From Candidatus Peribacteria bacterium (GTDB taxonomy: Bacteria > Patescibacteriota > Gracilibacteria > Peribacterales > Peribacteraceae), in NCBI GenBank assembly GCA_943357915.1, contig CALRGQ010000001.1, forward strand, positions 6,816 to 70,815: a DNA stretch of 64,000 nucleotides, in the 5' to 3' direction. Numbering within the stretch: the first letter of the stretch is position 1; each line of letters begins with the position of its first letter. The translations under genes and the position numbers were made by a program. This document shows, in pieces, positions 37,001 through 44,614 of the stretch. Under the pieces are notes generated by a model. It worked only from the letters and a program-made list of their open reading frames with translations, had not been told where the DNA came from and did not search any database.

Positions 37001-37560
37001 ACATTTGACCACGCCGCAATACAGCCAACAGCGGTCAGGGTGATTCCATTGACCGGATTTTCAAATAATCCATCGGCTGCCATCGCACCACAGCTCGTCG
37101 TGTATGCTTCTCTTTCTGCACTGCAACACTCTGTTCTAGTAGTCGCAAGAGGCTCTCCTGGAGCCTTGCTACAAAATTGTTTCGCATGAACCAGTTCGTG
37201 CATGAGTACGTAATCCCATTGGCGACCAGTGGCATCTAGATTTGAAAGACAGATTGGAACATCTCCATTTGGCTCCTTAGGATAGGTAAAACCAGCATTC
37301 CCCTCACAGCTTTGAATACCACCAACGCAGGTGATAACCGGCCGACATGACGTTGCTCCATTGACGACAGTGGCATCGGAAAGATTCGTCCAGCCGCCAC
37401 ACTCCACACCTTCAATGTTCTCACGCATTTCGCTTAAACCAAACTGCACATCCTTATACGACTCCGGTACGTTAATTTTCGGAATGAACTGTGCTGCCAC
37501 AGCGCTGCCCGATAAGAGCAGTGAAGCCGAGACAACCGATGCCATCAGTGAAGGGCGCAT
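34051..37560 (-). CDS. Large secreted protein with Cys-rich N-terminal HExxH-motif domain (operon gene 1)
   Basis: Signal peptide MRPSLMASVVSASLLLSGSAVAA. At least 13 Cys fall in the first ~230 aa. It carries YVLMHELVHAKQF (HELVH, nt 37186-37200), acidic and Pro-rich middle segments, and totals 1169 aa. Confidence 0.8.
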   Translation of the reverse strand: MRPSLMASVVSASLLLSGSAVAAQFIPKINVPESYKDVQFGLSEMRENIEGVECGGWTNLSDATVVNGATSCRPVITCVGGIQSCEGNAGFTYPKEPNGDVPICLSNLDATGRQWDYVLMHELVHAKQFCSKAPGEPLATTRTECCSAEREAYTTSCGAMAADGLFENPVNGITLTAVGCIAAWSNVSCSGYGPYACSREVFPPGYIDALLTSVTNSPATTTSCQNLVSNPPSRVQSILDTIKKISDAAEGAVIGNVPVPRFSAVNPDGSEDTVTLPGRGNSDPLGAPSSGLGERGGFEYPDSAFGFRSACDVTSTDMNPMQWCMRGEKMEKATPTWCKKLFDAIKQMGADIDAAGRPMIGDPDCPVPEKYCFDYTSECRGQDCRTRDAPSFSYTPPVCHIDPDTGAVIEDEPEIIDDVQASFYRHYAGNFMEPGITVTAPGSDNTWNVRAECYEYYKEFDPKTVVTSKEDEQCEFVIATDGEQTPKKPEWFGENEQKQPPKRDEGPEAGADVDITREPDRDNRNVPDPWIADTETNLTMIDMKKLKEQQKKFDDPTDITAILGTLITTRQTGSKTVPKNARTDQFDDSDERKMAIYLEAQQRELLKMTADPQTRLIMPARFLVGLADDDPLFQYVSQTVSRSDGMVEITLKAGLEDIGNVLKSFQRIFVAPIQEVRIPVLVPLASVTEIDARIADWKLWKQDTLTESLKLTTRAAVSDPVASAVLLAQASALQEMSTKADPLIVKLEQYRDHVEKTRLMRGALLTYLQKLYDSQKKIREYFADWYEENSELLLASQERAVERRELKRIWRLLQRAMLQTDACQMYWCSNQRYSAPVYSLLDDWWGDVEAGESRDRGYQPPQSLTDLEYEQPKDQLFDFSDVKFPSEPWLIPTLWPVQVRVNLPTPPLVGVMPSTVDNFPDLPELPDEKIFEDFPVPEVTLPDKSLIRPPETSDLEAAKIILRNFRTMIDGTDIDTQINEEAALAAGESIDGGDDNFPLDRESMRGAYCRFPPSILIPPDSNDDRHFSDSARVDHSDTNDEKGNPAKIIHVESDLRERLARLFSRWMPNRDEDFAGRVVRRNAEMPEECHEDVVCYFLPPEKSTVTTWQWFMPDSRGGNFTYAAARIRENSLPEEDQNPYINASRTTLERIFPNLDLPIITKLTVPRVP

Positions 37561-37793
37561 AGACAGAGCGGGATTCTTCCCGCGGCTTTCCGCGATCGCG
37601 TTTCAGTGTACGTTACGAGCTGTCATTCCTCCTATAATAGACAGACCAAAAATCGGCTATCAGAAAACAAAAATATTTTCCTTCAATCTTTTCTCATTGC
37701 GATGATATTTTGAGAGGTGTACGTTCGTGCACGATTCATCGTTCGCGAGCCTTGAATCACGAGACCTCCTTTACTTCCATACCCCCCTCAGCG

Positions 37794-38654
37794 ATGTTCT
37801 CTCTGAATCGCATCGACATCATCGGCTACCAAACACAACCCGTCACCGTCCGCCAAACTCCCGGCGGCGCGAGTGTGACCGACCTTAACATTGTCGTTCC
37901 CTACTCATTTCAGTCCAGCAAAGGGGAAACTCTTTCCGGTAAAAGTTTTCACACCGTCACCATCTGGGGTGCGATGGCTGATGTTGCCGGTCAGTACATG
38001 AAAGCCGGCTCACAAGTTTTCGTCTCCGGCCGTCTGCAGACTGATGCCTGGGATGATACAACAAGCGGTGAGAAGCGCAGCAAAACCAAAATCGTGGCCA
38101 TGGATTTGATCCTTCTGGATCCCAAAGACGGCCAGCGCGAAGCTCCAGCCGGCGCAAGCAGCCTTACGAATTGCGTGAACCGCGCTCAGGTTGTTGGTAA
38201 TATCACTCGTGATCCTGAGATGCGCACGACGACGAGTGGCCAGTCCGTTCTGACCATCGGTGTTGCGACGAATGAACGCTGGAAAGATAAAGCCTCCGGC
38301 GAATTCAAGGAACGCTCTGAGTTTCATAACGTCGTGATCTGGGGCGACATGGCAAAATCCGTCCAGCAAAACGTGAAGAAAGGCCAACGCGTCTACGTCA
38401 CCGGCCGCGTCCAAACTCGTACATGGGAAACAACGGAAGGCAAAAAGCGCGCCACGACGGAAATCATTGCCGACCAAGTCACACTGCTTGGTATGAAGAA
38501 CGCCGAAGCCGCTGCAAACTTCAATGCCGAAGGCGCATCTGAGTCATCCACGCCATCACGCTCTGAAGCTTCATCTGGTGCTTCGCCAGTGGCTGCCGGC
38601 ATGCCGGATATTAAATACGAATCTGAGATCAAACCGGAGGATTTGCCGTTTTAG
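37794..38654 (+). CDS. ssb: Single-stranded DNA-binding protein with two tandem OB folds and a C-terminal acidic tip
   Basis: OB1: MFSLNRIDIIGYQTQPVTVRQTPGGASVTDLNIVV...FHTVTIWGAMADVAGQYMKAGSQVFVSGRLQTDAW. OB2: VNRAQVVGNITRDPEMRTTTSGQSVLTIGVATNERWKD...FHNVVIWGDMAKSVQQNVKKGQRVYVTGRVQTRTWE. A low-complexity tail ends EIKPEDLPF. I chose the ATG at 37794 rather than the tracked 37710. Confidence 0.85.
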   Translation: MFSLNRIDIIGYQTQPVTVRQTPGGASVTDLNIVVPYSFQSSKGETLSGKSFHTVTIWGAMADVAGQYMKAGSQVFVSGRLQTDAWDDTTSGEKRSKTKIVAMDLILLDPKDGQREAPAGASSLTNCVNRAQVVGNITRDPEMRTTTSGQSVLTIGVATNERWKDKASGEFKERSEFHNVVIWGDMAKSVQQNVKKGQRVYVTGRVQTRTWETTEGKKRATTEIIADQVTLLGMKNAEAAANFNAEGASESSTPSRSEASSGASPVAAGMPDIKYESEIKPEDLPF

Positions 38655-38663
38655 ATTTCTTTT

Positions 38664-38691
38664 GTAGAGACGCAAAATTTTGCGTCTCTAC
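38664..38691. terminator. Hairpin after the two-OB ssb, 27/28 identical to the hairpin after the first ssb
   Basis: GTAGAGACGCAAAATTTTGCGTCTCTAC compared with GTAGAGACGCAAAATCTTGCGTCTCTAC at 3003-3030. Confidence 0.6.
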
Positions 38692-38893
38692 TGATCAATC
38701 TATGAGACGTGCGCGCCTCTCGGCCATGAGCTCGAGGCCGAATGGCCGCTCGTCTCTACAGAACAAACGATCAACCCTCGTCCATTCGTGGCGGGGGTTC
38801 TTTGTTACCTTTAGGCTTATCTATGGCATAAAACACATCTACGATGCAAAGTATTTGCCAAAGAATGTCATTGTATTATTGTGGAGCTGTTCT

Positions 38894-39241
38894 ATGGCTC
38901 CCCAAGAAACTATTACAGCAGCAGACTTTCAATCAAAAATTGGTGGTGATGAAGTTGTAGTCGTAAAATTTGGCTATCAAGGTTGCAACGCTTGCCAAAA
39001 GTACGATAAAACAACAGTAAAAATACTAGAAAAAGAATTCCCAACAGTACCCTTCTTAGAAGTTGATGTGCATGACACGGAGAACTCTACCAATGAGGCA
39101 GCAAGAAATATGAAAAGGACCGTGGGTGTTTTCGACGGTTTTCCTACAATTCATTTTTTTAGTAACGGTAAATTATTAGATACAGTGCGGGGAGGAAATG
39201 CAGCAGCAATTCGTAGTAAACTGCAATATTTATTACAGTAG
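38894..39241 (+). CDS. Thioredoxin-fold protein (CxxC = CNAC)
   Basis: MAPQETITAADFQSKIGGDEVVVVKFGYQGCNACQKYDK...FDGFPTIHFFSNGKLLD has the thioredoxin layout with a cis-Pro region. I chose the internal ATG at 38894. The gene is visibly AT-rich. Confidence 0.7.
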   Translation: MAPQETITAADFQSKIGGDEVVVVKFGYQGCNACQKYDKTTVKILEKEFPTVPFLEVDVHDTENSTNEAARNMKRTVGVFDGFPTIHFFSNGKLLDTVRGGNAAAIRSKLQYLLQ

Positions 39242-39283
39242 GTGATGAACGTGTGGAAGGAAAGACGAACCACAGAGACGTCT

Positions 39284-40159
39284 CTACGAAAACCGCACCT
39301 CTCCATCGGGCTCCACAAAACGCATTTCTACTTCCAGATTTTCTGGGATTTTTTCTCTCACTTCTTCCACAACACTTACCGCATCGGCGTAGGTTCCTTC
39401 CCCCACGTTCATCAGGAAATTCGCGTGTTTCGGTGAAATCTCAACGCCTCCAGATTTGTAACCCCGCAAACCCGCAGCGTCGATAAGTTTCCAGGCTGGA
39501 GTATCTCCAATCGCCTTAAAACAGGATCCTGCAGTTTTCAGGTGTGGCTGTGTTTCGATGCGCTTTTTCAGTAATGATTCGATATGTGCTTTGATCATCG
39601 CCGAATCAGCTTTTGGAATTTTTAAGGTTGCTTCCCAAATGAGAGTGGTTGGGGGAGGGCTGGGGTGGGAGCTTTTAAAGAAACTCTCCCGATACGCAAA
39701 CTCGCACTCTTTTTTCGTCAGAGTCTTCCACTCGCCGTCATACACAGTCACAGACTCGATAAACGAATCGATCCAAATTCCTTTCGGTCCTTGTCCTGCA
39801 TTGCCAAAAATCGCTCCGCCAATGGTGCCCGGAATTCCGGTAAGTGCCGAAAGATCGAGGCCTTGCGCCGCAAGTTCATTAATGAGCATCGCAAGATTTT
39901 TGCCAGCACCAACTGTGACCGTGTCATCAACCACATCTGTTTTTACATGCTTCACCTGAACCACCAGCGCTTCAACGTTATCTGAAAAAATCGTGTTTGA
40001 TCCGTTACCAAGAGGTATTAATTTCAGCTTGTTCTCAACGCAAAATCGCATCGCCTGTTCTGCGTCTTCTCTTGTAAGAATTTCTGCAAAATAGCGCGCA
40101 ACACCTCCAATGCGCATGGTAGTTTTGGCCCGCAGAGAAAAATGTTCCTGAAACTGCAC
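39284..40159 (-). CDS. murB: UDP-N-acetylenolpyruvoylglucosamine reductase
   Basis: TTMRIGGVARYFAE, LIPLGNGSNTIFSD, GIPGTIGGAIFGNAG, AGSCFK, GGVEISPKHANF. Confidence 0.92.
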   Translation of the reverse strand: MQFQEHFSLRAKTTMRIGGVARYFAEILTREDAEQAMRFCVENKLKLIPLGNGSNTIFSDNVEALVVQVKHVKTDVVDDTVTVGAGKNLAMLINELAAQGLDLSALTGIPGTIGGAIFGNAGQGPKGIWIDSFIESVTVYDGEWKTLTKKECEFAYRESFFKSSHPSPPPTTLIWEATLKIPKADSAMIKAHIESLLKKRIETQPHLKTAGSCFKAIGDTPAWKLIDAAGLRGYKSGGVEISPKHANFLMNVGEGTYADAVSVVEEVREKIPENLEVEMRFVEPDGEVRFS

Positions 40160-40188
40160 CTACCTACATTACCACTTCTGCCCCTGCC

Positions 40189-40644
40189 TTACCTGCTCAC
40201 CAGATCCGTTACTTTCTCCATAGACTCGTACAACTTCTCCGTAAAAGCACTCTTTTTCTGTGGTTTTTGGAGCAGCGCGACAAGGAGAACGACACCGGCA
40301 ATGACACCAAGAATAATGCCAAGGTCTTTCATCTCAGGCTGAATCCTAAAGAGCATGAGGCCAAGCAACACTGCCGCTGCCAAAAAGACGCCAGCGATGA
40401 TCCCAACGCCAAATGTCACCATCACAAGTTTCGTTCGATCTTCTTGTTTATCCTGTGGAGCGGAGGCCAGAGCAGTGAGCAGATCACTCGAGACAATCAC
40501 CGGATCATTATCACTACGCTTAAAAAGCACCTGAACCTTGCGCTGCAAAATAAGGCTCACGAATGTTTTGAACGGAACCGAGGTCTTACCCTCGATCACC
40601 GCCTTCCCGCCAACCTGAGAAATATCAACTTCGATCTCATCCAT
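40189..40644 (-). CDS. Hypothetical membrane protein (two C-terminal TM helices)
   Basis: The ORF is trimmed to MDEIEV to avoid overlapping gltX. TM helices LVMVTFGVGIIAGVFLAAAVLLGLMLF and LGIILGVIAGVVLLVALL. Confidence 0.55.
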   Translation of the reverse strand: MDEIEVDISQVGGKAVIEGKTSVPFKTFVSLILQRKVQVLFKRSDNDPVIVSSDLLTALASAPQDKQEDRTKLVMVTFGVGIIAGVFLAAAVLLGLMLFRIQPEMKDLGIILGVIAGVVLLVALLQKPQKKSAFTEKLYESMEKVTDLVSR

Positions 40645-40663
40645 GGTGGGTAGTGTACCAGAC

Positions 40664-42127
40664 TCAGGACAATGCAACCGCAAGCCGCTTCATCGTCTCA
40701 CTTTTCCCCAGCAACTCCGCAACTTCATACGCTCCCGGACTATATTCACGTCCGGTCAGCATCACGCGTAGCGGCCATAATACTTGGCCTTTTTTAAACC
40801 CAGACGCAGGTAGTGCCTGTTCGATGGCAGCGACAATCGAATCACGGTTCCAGTTATCATCTGGCACGATGCCAAGCTGAGTTTTCAGGAAGTCTATGAT
40901 GGTTGGCACCTGCGCGGGTTCTATTTTCTGTTTCGGGCTCGCGATGAGCGCCATTGTTGGGCTTGGAGATTCATAAAAATAGCCAAGCATCTCAGGCGCT
41001 TCCGGGAAAAATGTAATCCGCTCTTGGATCAATGCTGCGCGCTTGAGGAAATCTGGATCTGTCCCAGCCGCCGTATACTTTTCCGTCACCAGCGGACGAA
41101 TCCGAGCCGCAAATTCTTCCACCGGAATTCTCCGCATCCATTGACCCTGCAACCAGTCGAGTTTTTCAAGATCGAAGACTGCCCCAGATTTGTGCACACG
41201 CTCTAAAGAAAAGATGCTGATGAGTTCGGTGAGCGTAAAAATCTCCTGCTCGGTACCCGGATTCCAACCAAGAAGCACGAGAAAGTTAAGCAGTGCCTCC
41301 GGTAGATAACCTTTCGTAAGGTAATGCTCTGCTGCCACGTCACCCTGCCGCTTACTGAGCTTGGTACGGTCTTTATTGAGGAGTAACGGTACGTGTGCGT
41401 ACTTCGGTGTATCCCACCCGAATGCCCTAAAAAGAAGCAGATGTTTGGGCAGTGATGAAAGCCACTCTTCTCCACGGATCACCATATCCGTTTTCATGAA
41501 GTGGTCATCGACCACGTGTGCCAGATGGTACGTCGGAAATCCATCCGACTTAAGGAGCACTTGGTCATCGATCGTGTGACCCTTAAATGACAATGGTCCG
41601 TAAATCACATCATCGTATGTCACGGTTTCCTCACGAGGAATTTTCATACGGATGACATGCTTCTCTCCTGCTGCAATGCGCTTTGCTGTTTCGTCTTTCG
41701 GAAGGTTAATGCACTGACGATCGTACATCGGCGCCAGTCGGAGCTCCTGCTGTTTTTTCCGCATAGCATCAAGGCGTTCGCTTGTGCAAAAACAGTGGTA
41801 GGCATGGCCATTTTCAAGTAGTTCATCTACGTATTTTCTATACAGAGGTAGCCGCTTGGACTGGTGGTATGGTCCATATTCGCCTTTCTCCACTATCTCA
41901 CCCGTTGTATCAAACATCACCCCCTCATCAGGGGGAATGCCGGAAAGTTCCAGAGTCCGAATGATGACTTGCGTAGCACCCACGACTTCGCGTGCCTGGT
42001 CCGTATCTTCAATCCGTAGAACAAACGTTCCCTTCGTTTGCTTCGCAATAAGCCATGCAAACAATGCCGTGCGCAAGCCTCCAATGTGTAATGAGCCAGT
42101 CGGGGACGGAGCAAAGCGAGTTCTCAT
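40664..42127 (-). CDS. gltX: Glutamyl-tRNA synthetase
   Basis: MRTRFAPSPTGSLHIGGLRTALFAWL carries the HIGH motif; LSKRQG is the KMSKS-like motif. The tracked alternative start is 42145. Confidence 0.93.
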   Translation of the reverse strand: MRTRFAPSPTGSLHIGGLRTALFAWLIAKQTKGTFVLRIEDTDQAREVVGATQVIIRTLELSGIPPDEGVMFDTTGEIVEKGEYGPYHQSKRLPLYRKYVDELLENGHAYHCFCTSERLDAMRKKQQELRLAPMYDRQCINLPKDETAKRIAAGEKHVIRMKIPREETVTYDDVIYGPLSFKGHTIDDQVLLKSDGFPTYHLAHVVDDHFMKTDMVIRGEEWLSSLPKHLLLFRAFGWDTPKYAHVPLLLNKDRTKLSKRQGDVAAEHYLTKGYLPEALLNFLVLLGWNPGTEQEIFTLTELISIFSLERVHKSGAVFDLEKLDWLQGQWMRRIPVEEFAARIRPLVTEKYTAAGTDPDFLKRAALIQERITFFPEAPEMLGYFYESPSPTMALIASPKQKIEPAQVPTIIDFLKTQLGIVPDDNWNRDSIVAAIEQALPASGFKKGQVLWPLRVMLTGREYSPGAYEVAELLGKSETMKRLAVALS

Positions 42128-42170
42128 GCGAAGAGGATACAGCAAGTCAAATAAAAACTATGGTCAATCA

Positions 42171-42785
42171 TCAGCTCTCTTCGGCCTTGCCTCTATGACG
42201 GATGATAAAATCTGTGACTTTGTCCTGAATACTTTTGGTCTCTGCTTCAGGACAAAGACATCCGATCAAAACTTCGCGTAATTCTATACGTAACCTTCCT
42301 GCCTCCTCATGCTTTGCCTTAACGAGTTTAATCGCTGAATCGGATGTAAGAGTGGCTACATCACATTCTTCAGCTGAGAGCCCAATGAGATTTTGTCGAT
42401 ATTCTCTAACCTCTTCGTCCACATTTTGTCTTCTTTTGTTTTCAGATAAACACAATTCATTACTAATAGTAATTGCAAGCATATCAACACGCCAAAGAGC
42501 GCCCCATGCATTTTCATATAATAACAACAAAAGATCCTTCCCTTGTTCTTGCGTAATACGTCCTAAGGAAAATAGTGATTCAATTCCTCTCCGTAAGACT
42601 GGGGAAGTAGTATGAATGCACCCCAGTGAATTATCACGGATCTCTTGTGCGCAGAGATTAGGCCATTCGCCATTATATAACCACGCGCGATGATGTGGGG
42701 CACCGCAAAAATTAGTATCCATGGCCTGTAGAGCCTCACGTGGAATCTCGTCATACTCGTCAAAAATAGGCAATAATTCACTCAT
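42171..42785 (-). CDS. Hypothetical protein (204 aa)
   Basis: Clean ORF in an AT-richer segment. No recognisable motif. Confidence 0.6.
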   Translation of the reverse strand: MSELLPIFDEYDEIPREALQAMDTNFCGAPHHRAWLYNGEWPNLCAQEIRDNSLGCIHTTSPVLRRGIESLFSLGRITQEQGKDLLLLLYENAWGALWRVDMLAITISNELCLSENKRRQNVDEEVREYRQNLIGLSAEECDVATLTSDSAIKLVKAKHEEAGRLRIELREVLIGCLCPEAETKSIQDKVTDFIIRHRGKAEES

Positions 42786-42822
42786 AGCGGAGCATCATAA
42801 TTTTCATCTCTCTGACGCGCAA

Positions 42823-43497
42823 CTATTTCACTAAGATCTCTACGCTGAATGACACCTTCTCTTTTGGCTTATCAGATGAATCGCGTGGAACATTCGCGAT
42901 CGCACTCACGACCTCTTGTCCGGACAGAACTCGTCCGAAGATGGTGTAATTTGGAGGGAGTGGGTTATCCGCATCCATGATGAAGAATTGGCTGCCGTTC
43001 GTGTTTTTGCCACGATTAGCCATAGCAATAACGCCAGTTTTGTAGCCGATTTTGTACGTCTCAGAGTTAGCGTCGATCTCGTCTTCAAACGTGTCTCCAT
43101 AGACGCTCTTACCGCCTCTACCGTTGCCTGTTGGATCCCCACCTTGAATCATTAATCCTGGGATGACACGGTGAAATGTAACGCCGTTGTAGTATCCGCT
43201 GGCAGCCAGCACCATGAAGTTGGTCACAGTTTTTGGTGCGATGCCTGCATCGAGCTCGACTTTGATATCGCCTTTGCTGGTCTTGAGGATAACGTTGTGT
43301 TTGCCGTTCATAAGTTTACCATCCCATGCCCATGTATCAGAGGAAGCAGTCGATGAAGAAGCGGTCATAGAATCAAGGGAGGAGGAGCTAGAAGACGTTG
43401 TAGTTGCATCATCTGGAACGACGGGGGTCTTTGGGCTGCATGCTGCTAGTAGTCCGAGCGTGAGTCCAGCAGAAGCGAGAGTGATAATCTTTTTCAT
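42823..43497 (-). CDS. Cyclophilin-type peptidyl-prolyl isomerase lipoprotein
   Basis: Lipobox MKKIITLASAGLTLGLLAAC, a Ser-rich linker, then FHRVIPGLMIQGGDPTGNGRGG...MANRGKNTNGSQFFI. Confidence 0.9.
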   Translation of the reverse strand: MKKIITLASAGLTLGLLAACSPKTPVVPDDATTTSSSSSSLDSMTASSSTASSDTWAWDGKLMNGKHNVILKTSKGDIKVELDAGIAPKTVTNFMVLAASGYYNGVTFHRVIPGLMIQGGDPTGNGRGGKSVYGDTFEDEIDANSETYKIGYKTGVIAMANRGKNTNGSQFFIMDADNPLPPNYTIFGRVLSGQEVVSAIANVPRDSSDKPKEKVSFSVEILVK

Positions 43498-43527
43498 AAA
43501 AAAATTGGGTGAAAGCGGGATCGGATT

Positions 43528-44610
43528 CTAATCCACTTGAGTCAGAACGTCCAGAATGATGTCAGCGATTTTGGTTGCGGCATCGGATGGAAGAGCCCGA
43601 GACAGCGCTTCACCTAGTGCCACCCTTTTCGGCGTATCGCCAAGCAGCCGACCGACAACGAACGAAAGATCGGAAAGATGATCCTGCGATAAAAACTCAA
43701 CGGCTTGCCGTGCCGCTAAAAATTCTGCATTGCGAATCTGGTGATCATGCGCGACTCCGGGAAGTGGCACAACAACGGCTGCTTTTTTCAGCGCAGCAAG
43801 CTCTGAAAGAACACCGGCGCCAGCCCGAGTAACAACAAGATCTGCAAACCCATACAGATGAGGTAATTCATCGAGTACTGATGTCCGTGCAAAATATCGT
43901 GCGTGCTGTTTGTTGATCTGTTTTCCGTCACCCGTGAGGTGAATGATGTCTGCAAGTTCAAGAAGTGCACTAAAATTCTTTTCGACGGCTGTATTGAGCG
44001 CTACGGACCCCTGACTTCCTCCAATAATCAGAAGTACCGGACGCCGTCCAGAAAAACCGGTGATGCGCTGTCCCGCAGCACGCGAACCATCGAAAATTGC
44101 CAAGCGCACAGGATTGCCGGTTTGGATCGCCTTTTTTTGTAGTGCCTGCGGCAATGCCGACTCCGGAAAACCGGTGCAGATTTTTGTCGCGAGACGTCCG
44201 ATGATGCGGTCACTCAAGCTGGGAACACTGTCAGAAGAATGTAGAATGATCGGAATCCTGAAGAAAAAACCGACGATACACACCGGCACACTCACAAATC
44301 CGCCCTTGCTCATGATGAGCACTGGCTTGGTGCGAAGAAGATGCACCATCGACTCCAGGAACGACACGAGAAACAGGATAGGAAATGTGAGAATCCTGAT
44401 CGAAAGTCCGCGAGGAAATTTGCCGGCATGAATGACGAGGTACTTTTTGTTGGCTGTTATCAGTGCGCTTGTCTCACTTGGCTGGTCTGAACAAATAAAG
44501 ACCGGTTTCAGTGAAGAATCTTTTGTCGTGATCGCATCTGCAATCGCAAGTGACGGTAAGAGATGACCGCTACTGCCCCCGCCGGAAAAAATAATAACGC
44601 GCTCAGTCAT
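43528..44610 (-). CDS. murG: Undecaprenyl-PP-MurNAc-pentapeptide GlcNAc transferase
   Basis: MTERVIIFSGGGSSGHLLPSLAIADAI, IIGGSQGS, VTRAGAGVLSELAALKKAAVVVPLP. I chose the start at 44610 so that it abuts the ftsW stop. Confidence 0.9.
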   Translation of the reverse strand: MTERVIIFSGGGSSGHLLPSLAIADAITTKDSSLKPVFICSDQPSETSALITANKKYLVIHAGKFPRGLSIRILTFPILFLVSFLESMVHLLRTKPVLIMSKGGFVSVPVCIVGFFFRIPIILHSSDSVPSLSDRIIGRLATKICTGFPESALPQALQKKAIQTGNPVRLAIFDGSRAAGQRITGFSGRRPVLLIIGGSQGSVALNTAVEKNFSALLELADIIHLTGDGKQINKQHARYFARTSVLDELPHLYGFADLVVTRAGAGVLSELAALKKAAVVVPLPGVAHDHQIRNAEFLAARQAVEFLSQDHLSDLSFVVGRLLGDTPKRVALGEALSRALPSDAATKIADIILDVLTQVD

Positions 44611-44614
44611 GAAA

